The translations under genes were made by a program, and so were the position numbers. From NCBI GenBank assembly GCA_047284725.1, contig JBJBEO010000001.1, forward strand, positions 1,080,203 to 1,144,202: a stretch of 64,000 bases of DNA. Reading direction: 5' to 3'. The stretch's first letter is position 1; each line of letters begins with the position of its first letter. This stretch comes from Synechococcus sp. Its GTDB lineage: Bacteria; Cyanobacteriota; Cyanobacteriia; PCC-6307; Cyanobiaceae. The notes beneath the pieces were generated by a model. The model saw only the letters and a program-made list of their open reading frames with translations, was not told where the DNA came from and did no database searches. This document shows, piece after piece, positions 31,362-40,633 of this stretch.

Positions 31362-32000
31362 ATGCTCAAGCTCTCCTACCGCTACGACCAGACGGCGGCC
31401 CGTCTGAAGGTGGAGGGACTTCCCGACATCTCCGCTGACCACGGTGACGGTGTGATCGGCATCCTCTCCACCTGGACCCTGCAGTTCGTGGGCTCGCCGG
31501 AAATGGAGGGCAAGCGTGAGCACCTTGAGGCGATGCTGGCGACGGTGCTGCCCTACGCCCGCTATCGCCTCTCCGGGGTGGCGCGACGTTGTGGTGACGA
31601 CACCTCACCGGTCTGCCTTTCCCCCGCCGATGGCGGGAGGCACCAACTGGAGTTGCGCAGTACCCAACCCGGTGTGGATCCGCTGATCATCAGCCTCGAC
31701 GATGCAGAACTGGCCGATCTTGTCCGCTGCCTTGATGCCATGCGCCTGGATCAGAGGGTGCAGATCAGTTGGCCCCTCCACATTGATCGTCCCCTGGCTC
31801 GACGCGAGCTCGCAGAGCGCGTGCCCTTGGTCAAACGCCTTGCACCGTCAGTCTTGGGCGGAGGGGCGTTCGTGGTGGTTGCTGCTCTGGCGTCGCTGCT
31901 GCCGATGCCTGACCTCCAGACGCCGAAGCCCGCCGTGGTCTCAACCGAACAGCCCGCCGCCGCCGACCCCACCAAGCCCGCCCCCTCAGAAGGGGAGTGA
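31362..32000 (+). CDS. DUF4335-like protein
   Basis: LKVEGLPD, EGKREHLEAM, LDDAELADLVRCLD, C-terminal TM. Confidence 0.75.
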   Translation: MLKLSYRYDQTAARLKVEGLPDISADHGDGVIGILSTWTLQFVGSPEMEGKREHLEAMLATVLPYARYRLSGVARRCGDDTSPVCLSPADGGRHQLELRSTQPGVDPLIISLDDAELADLVRCLDAMRLDQRVQISWPLHIDRPLARRELAERVPLVKRLAPSVLGGGAFVVVAALASLLPMPDLQTPKPAVVSTEQPAAADPTKPAPSEGE

Positions 32001-32060
32001 GCGTCGTTGACGATCGCCCGTTGAAGGCGAGAATCACTGCATTGCAGGATCTTGTTGGGG

Positions 32061-32306
32061 ATGTCAACGAGTTGGTCGGATCTCAGACGTCGTGTTGCCC
32101 GGATCGGAGCCTCGCTTGATGTGGTGGTTCGCAGCGATCCTGAGGTCTGTGGCTTGAGTGGATCGGGCTATCACCTCACCCTCCATCACAGCGGCTACGG
32201 CGACTGCACCGTTGGTGATCTCAGCCTGATCGACTGCCCCAACGAGCTTGTGGTGATCGAATTTGAACGTTGGATGCGTGGTGCAGGCCACGTGTTTGTG
32301 CCATGA
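32061..32306 (+). CDS. Hypothetical protein (81 aa)
   Basis: Clean ORF with host-like codon use; ATGA overlap with next ORF. Confidence 0.6.
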   Translation: MSTSWSDLRRRVARIGASLDVVVRSDPEVCGLSGSGYHLTLHHSGYGDCTVGDLSLIDCPNELVVIEFERWMRGAGHVFVP

Positions 32307-32722
32307 ACCCGGCACGGTTTCAACGCCCGACGTCTGCTGATCGGGAAGCTCGGGTGTTCCGTCGGCGTCGACGTCCTGTGCTGCCCCCTTGGCGTCAGGG
32401 CCTGGAAGGAACGCTGATGTTGCTATTGGGGGTTGGCTCACTCGCCTTGCTGACCTGGCTTCCTCAGCGGATTGATCCCCTGCTGATGGTCAGCGAGATA
32501 ATCGCTGATCTCATCCAGGGTGTGGCGCAATTGCTGGAAGCGCTGCTGGGACTGGGCTCGGTGTTGTTGCTGGCAGCGTTTCTGCTGCTCGGTTTGGTCT
32601 GCCTGTGCGGAGGGGCTGCACGGCTTGTGCGTGCCGTTGTGCGGATCATGCGTGCGCCGCCCAGCCCTCAACGACGCAAGCGTTCCCCTGGTGTGCGACG
32701 GACGCCTGCACGACGGAGATGA
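32303..32722 (+). CDS. Hypothetical membrane protein
   Basis: Two Leu-rich TM segments with basic flanks. Confidence 0.65.
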   Translation: MNPARFQRPTSADREARVFRRRRRPVLPPWRQGLEGTLMLLLGVGSLALLTWLPQRIDPLLMVSEIIADLIQGVAQLLEALLGLGSVLLLAAFLLLGLVCLCGGAARLVRAVVRIMRAPPSPQRRKRSPGVRRTPARRR

Positions 32723-32731
32723 GCCCTTCGC

Positions 32732-33211
32732 TCAGGGTTTCATGCGGGGAGACAGGGCTTTCTGAAGCGACCACAGTTCAGCAAGGCTGACCAGACCGTC
32801 ACGGTTGAGATCAAGACTTCTGAAATGACGAGCGACCCAGGGCAGTGCCTGGGCTTCGCGCCTGTTGAGTTGACCATCGCCGTTCCGGTCGGCGCGCCTG
32901 ACATGGTGCTGGAGTCGGCGGCCACTGTGATGTGGAGAACGCTGATGCAGATCTTCCAGCAACAGAAAGCCACGGGAGTCGGGGCGACGCAGGCGACGTT
33001 CGAGATAGGCCTGACCACGCACCTCGGCCGGAACCAAACGACCATCTCCGTTCGCATCCATGCGCACGAACATGGCCTCCATGCGTTGGCCGTACAGCCT
33101 GATCTCCTCCTGGCTGGAGGCGGGTCGCAGCCACCCATCCATGCTCAGCACTGACGCAGCCAGGCCGATGGCGATCACGCTGTGGTGGAGGTGGGGCTGC
33201 AAACGTGTCAT
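32732..33211 (-). CDS. Secreted/periplasmic EF-hand domain protein
   Basis: Signal-like N-terminus; loops DANGDGRLVPAE, DRNGDGQLNRRE, DLNRDGLVSLAE. Confidence 0.85.
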   Translation of the reverse strand: MTRLQPHLHHSVIAIGLAASVLSMDGWLRPASSQEEIRLYGQRMEAMFVRMDANGDGRLVPAEVRGQAYLERRLRRPDSRGFLLLEDLHQRSPHHSGRRLQHHVRRADRNGDGQLNRREAQALPWVARHFRSLDLNRDGLVSLAELWSLQKALSPRMKP

Positions 33212-33242
33212 GGCGACAGCCTATGCAGTCTGAAGACGGAGG

Positions 33243-33260
33243 TCATGACTGAATCATGAC
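33243..33260. promoter_or_regulatory. 11-bp-period direct repeat (tcatgac) in the divergent promoter; candidate OmpR-family binding site
   Basis: tcatgac at 33243 and 33254, between the EF-hand gene and the response regulator. Confidence 0.4.
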
Positions 33261-33351
33261 CGGAATCAGGGGAGCTGTGACAGGGTTCAAGAACTGCAGA
33301 CAGCGGCCGTCTCGCTCCATACGATCAGCCCAGTCGCCGGCTTCGGTTGCC

Positions 33352-34077
33352 ATGGGGCGTTCAGCAATGATTTGGGTTGTGGACGACGACCCCGATCTGC
33401 GGCAGATGGTCGGAACCTATCTGATTGATCAGGGCTACGACGTGCGTTGCCTCAGTGATGTGAAGCAGTTTGAGGCGAGGCTGGAGTTTCAGCGCCCCGA
33501 TCTGGTGGTGTTGGATCTGATGATGCCTGGCGATGACGGGCTGACGGCCCTGCGTCGCCTGCGCGATGGCGGGGATGACTTGCCGGTTGTCATGCTCACC
33601 GCGCGGGGTGAAGGCGTCGATCGCATCATCGGTCTTGAACAGGGCGCCGACGATTACCTGGGCAAGCCGTTTCTCCCCAGGGAGCTGTCTGCACGGATTG
33701 ATGCCGTGCTCCGTCGGCGCAGTGCACTGCCCGCTGGAACACCGGTGGTGGATGGCGGTGACGTGAGTTTCGGGGAGAATGTGCTCAACCTTTCGGCGCG
33801 CACCCTGGTCCGTGCAGGCACGCCCGCGGTGATCACCAGCGGTGAATTCAGCCTTTTGGCTGCATTCGTGCAGCACCCTCATCGCCCGCTGTCGCGGGAA
33901 CGGTTGATTGAGTTGGCCAGGGGGCCTGGCTGCGACACCGACAGCCGCAGCATGGACGTTCAGGTCTCGCGGGTCCGCAAATTGGTGGAACCCGACCCCA
34001 GCCGCCCGCGCTATATCCAAACTGTCTGGGGCTACGGCTATGTGTTTGTTCCTGATGGGTCTCCGCGCTCCCGCTGA
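33352..34077 (+). CDS. OmpR-family response regulator
   Basis: VVDDD, DLVVLDLMMPG, MLTA, GADDYLGKPF, RSMDVQVSRVRK, IQTVWGYGY. Confidence 0.95.
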   Translation: MGRSAMIWVVDDDPDLRQMVGTYLIDQGYDVRCLSDVKQFEARLEFQRPDLVVLDLMMPGDDGLTALRRLRDGGDDLPVVMLTARGEGVDRIIGLEQGADDYLGKPFLPRELSARIDAVLRRRSALPAGTPVVDGGDVSFGENVLNLSARTLVRAGTPAVITSGEFSLLAAFVQHPHRPLSRERLIELARGPGCDTDSRSMDVQVSRVRKLVEPDPSRPRYIQTVWGYGYVFVPDGSPRSR

Positions 34078-34089
34078 GGATGCGATCTG

Positions 34090-35439
34090 ATGGGACGCAG
34101 GCACTCCTGGACACTGCTCTTCCGGGCGTTGATCGGATGGAGTGCCCTTGGGTTCGGCAGTTGGGCTCTGTGTCTGCTGATGTTGCAGATGTTGTTCGGA
34201 CGGCAGGTCGAAGCGCTGCAGACCGTGCAGTTGGGCAGAGATCTGGCCCTGAATGTGCGGCTGGCCGAGTTGGCGCTCGAGCGCTATCCACCCCATCTGG
34301 TCTCTGAGCTCACGGGCCTCGATCTGGCGGTGGTGCAACAGCCCTCCAGTGACCCGCCAGCGTCACCTTCTTTGCAGCGTCAGGCCCAGGCCTTGCAGGA
34401 GGAACTGTGCCGCCGATTGGCGCACTGCCCGATGGTGGTGGCCAATGGTCAACGCTGGGATGTCTGGGTGGAGTTGATCTCGCCCCTCGAACCGATCTGG
34501 CTGCGGGTAAAGCTGCGTTCGCCCATGGCTTGGCCACCGGAACCAACGTTGATGGTGCTGGCGCTGTTGGGAGCAGGCGTCAGTTGTGGGGCGCTCTTTC
34601 TTCTGCTTGAGGTGGAACGCCCTCTCCGTGGCCTGGAGAAAGCCCTTGCTCGCGTGGGCGATGGGGAGGATCCCGATGCGGTGCAGGCCCAGGGCGCTCC
34701 AGAGGTGCAGCGCATCACCCACCACTTCAACGCCATGCTGCAGCGGCTTGCTCAGAACAGACGCGATCGAGCCACCATGTTGGCCGGCATTGCCCACGAT
34801 CTCCGCGCACCGATTACGCGTCTGCAGTTCCGCTTATCCATGCCGGTCCTGTCGGCGGAAGAGCGGGATCGCTGTTCAGGAGATCTGCAATCACTGGAGA
34901 GGATTACCGGGCAGTTTCTTCTGTTTGCAGGTGGCGGTGATGGGGAGGAGCCGGTGGATTTGCCCTTGGATCAACTCCTGGCGGAAGTCTGCACCAGTCA
35001 CCCTCCAGATCAGCTGCAGCTCAACCTCGATCCGGTGCAGGCTGCTGTCAAACCCGTGGCGCTCGGGCGTGCGGTGGCCAATTTGATCGACAACGCCTTC
35101 ACCTATGGCTCAGCTCCTGTGGTCGTGTGTCTGCGTCGTGACCATGCCGATGCGGTGATTGAGGTGTGGGATCAAGGCAAGGGCATGCCGCATGATCAAT
35201 GGGAACGGGCTTTGCTTCCGTTTCAGCGCCTGGATGAATCCCGCGGTGAGCAGGGTCATTGCGGCCTTGGCCTAGCCATTGTGTCCCATGTGGTGCGTGG
35301 CCACGGCGGCGTCTTGAGCTGTGAACGGGTCGATGGAATGACTGATCCAGGGGAGAGGGCATGGGGTCAGTTCGTGATTCGCTTCAGGCTTCCTCTCAAG
35401 GGGCATGCAAGGACTGCATCAATGGTTGAGAAAAGCTGA
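34090..35439 (+). CDS. EnvZ-like HAMP sensor histidine kinase
   Basis: Two TMs, IAHDLRAPITR (H box), NLIDNA, DQGKGM, PFQRLD, GLGLAIV. Confidence 0.93.
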   Translation: MGRRHSWTLLFRALIGWSALGFGSWALCLLMLQMLFGRQVEALQTVQLGRDLALNVRLAELALERYPPHLVSELTGLDLAVVQQPSSDPPASPSLQRQAQALQEELCRRLAHCPMVVANGQRWDVWVELISPLEPIWLRVKLRSPMAWPPEPTLMVLALLGAGVSCGALFLLLEVERPLRGLEKALARVGDGEDPDAVQAQGAPEVQRITHHFNAMLQRLAQNRRDRATMLAGIAHDLRAPITRLQFRLSMPVLSAEERDRCSGDLQSLERITGQFLLFAGGGDGEEPVDLPLDQLLAEVCTSHPPDQLQLNLDPVQAAVKPVALGRAVANLIDNAFTYGSAPVVVCLRRDHADAVIEVWDQGKGMPHDQWERALLPFQRLDESRGEQGHCGLGLAIVSHVVRGHGGVLSCERVDGMTDPGERAWGQFVIRFRLPLKGHARTASMVEKS

Positions 35440-35499
35440 GCTCAGAGGGCCTTGCTGAGGTTTTCAGCCAGACAGGGTCTTGAGGATTGCAGCCAATCG

Positions 35500-36459
35500 A
35501 TGGCGTCAAAACATCGCCAGAAGCATGGGCGTAAAGACAAAGCCCAATCCAAGAAATCTGCTGCTGAAACACTGCCGGATGCGGTGCTGTCGGCCCTTCA
35601 TGGCAGTGAACAGGACATTCAGCTCCCATCTGAACTGCTCGACGATCTGATCGAAGGGGGGTCGCGAAAGGCAGAACGCCTGAACAAGAAGCTCTATGAG
35701 TCTGAGCTGGAACGGCTGCAGACCGATCTCGTGAAAATGCAGTACTGGGTGAAAGCCACAGGCTTCCGCATGATTGTGTTGTTTGAAGGACGGGATGCTG
35801 CCGGAAAGGGAGGAACGATCAAGCGCCTCACCGAACCGATGAACCCCCGCGGATGTCGTGTAGTGGCACTTGGCACCCCTTCCGATCAGCAAAAAAGTCA
35901 GTGGTACTTCCAGCGCTACGTGGAGCACTTTCCCAGTGCGGGCGAAATCGTGGTGTTTGATCGCAGTTGGTACAACCGCGCTGGAGTGGAGCGTGTGATG
36001 GGCTTTTGCACTGAAGCTCAGGTGGAGCATTTTCTTGAGGATTGCCCGCGTTTTGAGCAAATGCTGGTGAACAGTGGAATCCTGCTGTTGAAGTATTGGT
36101 TCTCTGTCAGTGATGTGGAGCAGGAAGCTCGCTTTCAGTCGCGGATTGACGACCCCACGCGGCGGTGGAAGCTCAGCCCGATGGATCTGGAGGCAAGAAA
36201 CCGTTGGGTGGAGTTCTCCAAGGCAAAAGATGCGATGTTTGCCCGAACGAATATTCCAGAAGCACCCTGGTTCACGGTTGAAGCGGATGACAAACGTAGG
36301 GCCCGGTTGAATTGCCTTCGCCATGTCCTGAGCAAAGTGCCCTGGGAAGACATGACTCCACCGGCGATTCAACTGCCCGAGCGTCCTCAACAAGGTGATT
36401 ACACTCGCCCGCCCATCAATGAGCAGTTTTTTGTGCCAAACGCCTATCCCTACAGTTGA
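35500..36459 (+). CDS. ppk2: Polyphosphate kinase 2
   Basis: FEGRDAAGKGGTIKR, QWYFQRY, FDRSWYNRAGVERVMGF, WKLSPMD. Confidence 0.96.
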   Translation: MASKHRQKHGRKDKAQSKKSAAETLPDAVLSALHGSEQDIQLPSELLDDLIEGGSRKAERLNKKLYESELERLQTDLVKMQYWVKATGFRMIVLFEGRDAAGKGGTIKRLTEPMNPRGCRVVALGTPSDQQKSQWYFQRYVEHFPSAGEIVVFDRSWYNRAGVERVMGFCTEAQVEHFLEDCPRFEQMLVNSGILLLKYWFSVSDVEQEARFQSRIDDPTRRWKLSPMDLEARNRWVEFSKAKDAMFARTNIPEAPWFTVEADDKRRARLNCLRHVLSKVPWEDMTPPAIQLPERPQQGDYTRPPINEQFFVPNAYPYS

Positions 36460-36525
36460 GATCTACAGCAGGTTCACACCCCATCGATGAATCACTGACT
36501 GGAATCGTTGTGAGGCGATGCATCA

Positions 36526-36897
36526 TCACCGCGTACCTCGGCATTGGTGGCATTGTGAGATTTTGTCTTTGTGGCCATCGGGAAGGCTGAGCAGATAGGG
36601 ATCAACATCGAACTCGTAGCCGCATGCGCAAGAAACATGATATTTCAGCTTTTTGGATTTCTTGAGCTGCTTAATCAAGGTGATTTTTCCATAGACCTGT
36701 CCCGGCTTGAACCGCTCAAGTTTGGTTCTTCCTCCTTCTGACTTTTTGGCTGCAATTTTTTTGAGGGCGTTACGAACGGATACCTCACTGCCTTTACCAA
36801 TGATTTTTGGTATTTGTGTCACTGATCTGCCCTCATTGATGTAGAGGTGCTTGATTGCCTCGAGCTCACTTGATGTGAACCCTGATTTGCTCCCCAT
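36526..36897 (-). CDS. Basic hypothetical protein with HTH-like N-terminus and CxC...CxxC module
   Basis: 123 aa, Lys-rich; GQVYGKITLI..SCACG..SQCHQC. Confidence 0.65.
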   Translation of the reverse strand: MGSKSGFTSSELEAIKHLYINEGRSVTQIPKIIGKGSEVSVRNALKKIAAKKSEGGRTKLERFKPGQVYGKITLIKQLKKSKKLKYHVSCACGYEFDVDPYLLSLPDGHKDKISQCHQCRGTR

Positions 36898-37043
36898 GGA
36901 ACTTCACGGCTGCCAGGTCTGCCGACAGTTTAAATCAGGATCAATGGTGATGACCAGTGATAAGAAAGTAGCCGTTGCGCCAGGATGACATCATGCGAAT
37001 GATGATTGTCTTCGAGCTTGATCGTTCGTTCATTGGCTGTGGT

Positions 37044-37154
37044 TTAGCTGTGCAGCTGAGCAAACCAAAGTCCCGCAAGTTGCCAACTTGACCATAGAAA
37101 GATGGCAAGAAAAAGCCAATTCATCCATGCAGGGCGTTGCTTGTTGTCAAGCAT
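37044..37154 (-). CDS. Small single-TM protein, 36 aa (MLDNKQRPAWMNWLFLAIFLWSSWQLAGLWFAQLHS)
   Basis: Translated by hand, below the ORF-track cutoff; ATG..TAA, Trp-rich hydrophobic helix. Confidence 0.6.
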   Translation of the reverse strand: MLDNKQRPAWMNWLFLAIFLWSSWQLAGLWFAQLHS

Positions 37155-37283
37155 CAGTCGTTATTCCGTAGATCTTTGATTCTCATCTGCTTCACCCGTG
37201 TTCGGTGCAGATTCTCCCAATGCTGTCATCATTTGTACGATCAAGCTGAAAGTGCTTGTATTACTGTCCTCCAGAGGCTTAAT

Positions 37284-39104
37284 TCAGAGTTTTGCTGCAT
37301 AGTCAGGGTCAAAGGGACTCAATTTATGTTTGCCGAGCATGCATGTTAATCCTTGTTTCTCGTAATTATTATCTTTAGATAAATAATAATCTGGAGGCAT
37401 TGGCAAGCCTAGTCCAAATCCTTGTGCATATTGAAAGCCGAGTGTTTGCATGTGTTTTTGATGGTCTTGTTTTTCAATGCCCTCTACGACAACAATCATG
37501 TTGATTTTTTCTGCGATCATTGCCATCGCCTGAAGGACCGCAGAGTGCTTGTCATGTTTCAATGAATCTTGAAACAGCTTCTGGTCAATTTTAAAGCCTT
37601 GGATCGGTAGTTCCAGTAGTTGGGTGAAGCCTGTAAAACCGCTACCAAAATCATCCAGTAAAATTGTCATTCCTGCTTCAACCAGTTGGAGGACCTCTGA
37701 TCGAAGGTGATCGAGATTATCAATAAAGCCTGTTTCTGTTATTTCAATGATAATTTGCTTGTTGTTGATCCATCTCGCATTTTGGATTTTTTGAAGGATT
37801 AATCGGGCCACTCCATTCTTTTTCAGCGTTAGTGCGCTTAGGTTGATGGAAAGTCTGTCCTTGCTCCTCACAATGTTCTCAATGCCATTGCAGGCAAGCA
37901 CGGATTCAAGTACAATCTGGTCAATTTCGTTGATGTTGTTCGATGATTCGAAGTACTTGACAAAGTCTAGAGGTGGCAAAAGCATGCCATTGTTAGACAA
38001 TGGTCGCATCAGAACTTCGTATCCGATGCATTGCTCGAGTCTTAGGTCAAAGATTGGTTGTAAGTGAAAAGGGATTTTGCGCGTTTCTATGATTTTTTTA
38101 GCGCTCTCTCGGATTAAATGATTTTTTGCACGGGTGATTTCAAGGTCTTTGCCGTAGTAGTGAAGATGATCAGCATTTTGTTTGGCTTGGTACATCGCAT
38201 TATCAGCTTGGCTAAGCAATTCTTTGGGAGAATTTGCGTTGTAGCCTAAGCTCGCACCGGCGCTTGATCTGACTCGAATCGAAATTTCTTGATCGCCACG
38301 GTTCACTTTGATTGGTATTTCAGTCAGCTTGGTGAGCCTCTTGATGATTTTGTCGATCGATGATTTTGCATTCTTGGTATTGATTTTGCTGGCAACGATG
38401 ACAAACTCATCGCCAGACAATCTTGAGACGACATCGCATTGTCGTGTTGCTTCAATTAGTTTGTCTGAGAATTGTTTAAGCACTTTGTCGCCAACTTCAT
38501 GGCCAAAGCCGTCATTGATCTCTTTGAATTTATTGAGGTCTAAAAAGATTAAGCCAATGGAGTCTTTTTTGCCCTGTGCGAACTCTTTTTCTAGATGCCT
38601 CGTCAGGCCTCGTCTGTTCAATAAGCCTGTCAGAGAACATGTGTCGAGGCTGTCTTGGAGGTTGTCGATCACAATGAGGTGATCAGTATTTTTCAAAACA
38701 ACAATTTTCGTATTTAATTCAACATTGATTTTTTTAATCTCGCATTCGTAGTGGCTTAATCCTGCCTCACTCTTAAGGGTTATGTTGAAGTTTCCTTCAG
38801 ATAGTTTGAGTAGTGGCTCAAGATTGGACTCGTCCTTGTCTTTCGACAACCGTCTATCTGGTTGATCGTGGTGCGCATTGATGAGTGGAGCCAAGCAGGT
38901 TGATATGTTTTGGCCAAGCATGAATAAGCGAGACTTCATCACCATTTTTTCAAACGAGTTATTGCACCACTCCAAGTTGTTATTTTCGTCGAAAATAATA
39001 ATTGGTTCGTCGACCTTGGACAAGGCAGATTCAAGCCTCGCCAGGGACCTGCGTAGCGGCTCAATCAGATTGTCTGTGCTTATTTCAAGGCTATCCGGTG
39101 TCAT
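37284..39104 (-). CDS. PAS-GGDEF-EAL c-di-GMP turnover protein
   Basis: LTGLLNRR, LDLNKFKEINDGFGHEVGD, RLSGDEF, EVLMR, INLS, EITE, LDDFGSG, KID, EGIE, QGF. Confidence 0.93.
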   Translation of the reverse strand: MTPDSLEISTDNLIEPLRRSLARLESALSKVDEPIIIFDENNNLEWCNNSFEKMVMKSRLFMLGQNISTCLAPLINAHHDQPDRRLSKDKDESNLEPLLKLSEGNFNITLKSEAGLSHYECEIKKINVELNTKIVVLKNTDHLIVIDNLQDSLDTCSLTGLLNRRGLTRHLEKEFAQGKKDSIGLIFLDLNKFKEINDGFGHEVGDKVLKQFSDKLIEATRQCDVVSRLSGDEFVIVASKINTKNAKSSIDKIIKRLTKLTEIPIKVNRGDQEISIRVRSSAGASLGYNANSPKELLSQADNAMYQAKQNADHLHYYGKDLEITRAKNHLIRESAKKIIETRKIPFHLQPIFDLRLEQCIGYEVLMRPLSNNGMLLPPLDFVKYFESSNNINEIDQIVLESVLACNGIENIVRSKDRLSINLSALTLKKNGVARLILQKIQNARWINNKQIIIEITETGFIDNLDHLRSEVLQLVEAGMTILLDDFGSGFTGFTQLLELPIQGFKIDQKLFQDSLKHDKHSAVLQAMAMIAEKINMIVVVEGIEKQDHQKHMQTLGFQYAQGFGLGLPMPPDYYLSKDNNYEKQGLTCMLGKHKLSPFDPDYAAKL

Positions 39105-39466
39105 GGTATTGGTTTCAAATGAGCTCCGAAGTACCAGTCCTCACCTTGCTTTTCAGCAACAATATAGTGCTCTGAGTTGATTTCTTCTCCGTCGGCCCGT
39201 AGGGCTTTTAGATTTAATGGGTGGCCGACAACCTGCGAATTCTCTGGAGAGCTGAAATTTGAGAAGGCTAGGTGGTGTGACATCCTGAAGACTTCAGGCA
39301 GCACGAGGTCCAATGTTTTTCCTTTGATGTTAGTGATGTCCCAGCCAAAGCACGTCTTAAACTCCTTGTTGACATCAATAATCAGACCTTGATTGTTGAC
39401 CATGATGAATGGTGTGTTCTCGTTCGACATGCCTTTGAGCACTCCTCCTTCGGGATAATTGCTCAT
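39101..39466 (-). CDS. Stand-alone PAS domain protein
   Basis: IMVNNQGLIIDVNKEF..FGW..IKGKTLDLVLP..ALRADGEE; 4-nt overlap with the GGDEF-EAL gene. Confidence 0.85.
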   Translation of the reverse strand: MSNYPEGGVLKGMSNENTPFIMVNNQGLIIDVNKEFKTCFGWDITNIKGKTLDLVLPEVFRMSHHLAFSNFSSPENSQVVGHPLNLKALRADGEEINSEHYIVAEKQGEDWYFGAHLKPIP

Positions 39467-39590
39467 TGGGTCTAAGGCCTCACAGCTTCTCTATTCAAAC
39501 CATAGGCGAAACGATTGGTGATGGGTTTATCGATTTTTTGAAACTTAATGACTTGCGATAGTGCCCGTTCGCTTTAATTTATCTTTAATA

Positions 39591-39607
39591 TCATATCGTT
39601 GATATGA
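39591..39607. promoter_or_regulatory. Short inverted repeat upstream of the PAS/GGDEF-EAL operon (possible operator)
   Basis: tcatatc-gtt-gatatga in AT-rich intergenic DNA. Confidence 0.25.
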
Positions 39608-39782
39608 CTGCCTTGGGTAAGACTGCGCTCTGTTGGGTGTCGTTGTTAGGGGTTTGACGCTTGTCAGTCTTGGCTTGAGAGGCCATCCGTGTTGATGCGG
39701 AGCGGGTCGCTCGGTCCTTGGCTCTGATCACGCCCGAGATGCCATTAGATCAGACCGCTTCCAGTTAGGGTCTCGCCCCGCT

Positions 39783-39938
39783 CTAGGGCTGGATACGGAC
39801 TTCTGCTGGGCTTGTGGATGAGCTTCCCGTGCTTCTGCGCGGATCGTTTCCATTGCGCCAGGGTGTGAACAGCAGAAAATTGCCCATCACCAATCCTGTG
39901 GTGACGATCACTGCAAACAGCTGTTCCAGGCGGTTCAC
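39783..39938 (-). CDS. Small hypothetical membrane protein
   Basis: (M)NRLEQLFAVIVTTGLVMGNFLLFTPWR, one TM; GTG start inferred. Confidence 0.55.
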   Translation of the reverse strand: MNRLEQLFAVIVTTGLVMGNFLLFTPWRNGNDPRRSTGSSSTSPAEVRIQP

Positions 39939-40302
39939 GTTGGCCCTGCACACAGCTCCACACAGCTGATCATGCTGTGTCAAAGCCCGACTCTGCTTGG
40001 GAAGCAGACGATTTGTTGAGGTGTTGGCACCAGGCAGTGGGCTGGCTAGGTGTGGATTATTCCACGTTTTGCAGTGGTGTCATGTCTGTGATCAAGCCGG
40101 AGGATCAGCGTCCGAAATTGGAGCGGATGGCCAGGCACTGGCCGCGGAACCTCCAGGAACACTGGCACGTGGATGAAAGGCGACGTTTGAATCTCCCCGC
40201 AACACTGCTGTCTGAGTCGATCAGACTTGGCTCAGGAAGCAGGGTTGCGACCAGATCGTTCGGTAAGCGCAAGTGCTATCTGGTCCCTCCCTGTTGAGTA
40301 GA

Positions 40303-40557
40303 TCACTGATCTGTGGTGGCTCGGAAGGCTTGAACAGTCGTGCTGGATGCACTCCAGTCAGCCGTCCGAAACGAGACTTCCTGTCCGCCAGCGCGCTTCA
40401 GATCATGCATGCCCTCAAGCTGGTTGTAGATCGAGACAAGCTGGCGTTGGATATGGTCCGTGTGGGGAAGCCCATTCAGCGTATGGAGCGCCCGCTCAAG
40501 GCTCCCTTTGGCTTCGATCAGCAAGCGACAATCCTGACTACCCGGTTCGTAGGCCAT
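40303..40557 (-). CDS. Hypothetical protein (84 aa)
   Basis: MAYEPGSQDCRLLIEAK..IQRQLVSIYNQLEGMHDLKR; AGGAGG upstream. Confidence 0.7.
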   Translation of the reverse strand: MAYEPGSQDCRLLIEAKGSLERALHTLNGLPHTDHIQRQLVSIYNQLEGMHDLKRAGGQEVSFRTADWSASSTTVQAFRATTDQ

Positions 40558-40633
40558 TTGTCCGTGGTCGATCCTCCTATTCACCCGTGAGTTGGATGGT
40601 GATGGTGTGCCAAGCGACACCATTCCCTGCCCT

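Noticed and set aside
36941..37033. 30-aa minus-strand ORF (MNERSSSK...GHHH)
   Set aside because: Short, no distinctive composition; likely chance.
39467..39780. c-di-GMP riboswitch upstream of the PAS/GGDEF-EAL pair
   Set aside because: Fragments such as ggtctaag and ggcgaaa are on the wrong strand and in the wrong order; no convincing fold.
39977..40297. 106-aa plus-strand ORF
   Set aside because: No recognisable motif or RBS and it overlaps the likely promoter of the divergent small gene; unsupported.
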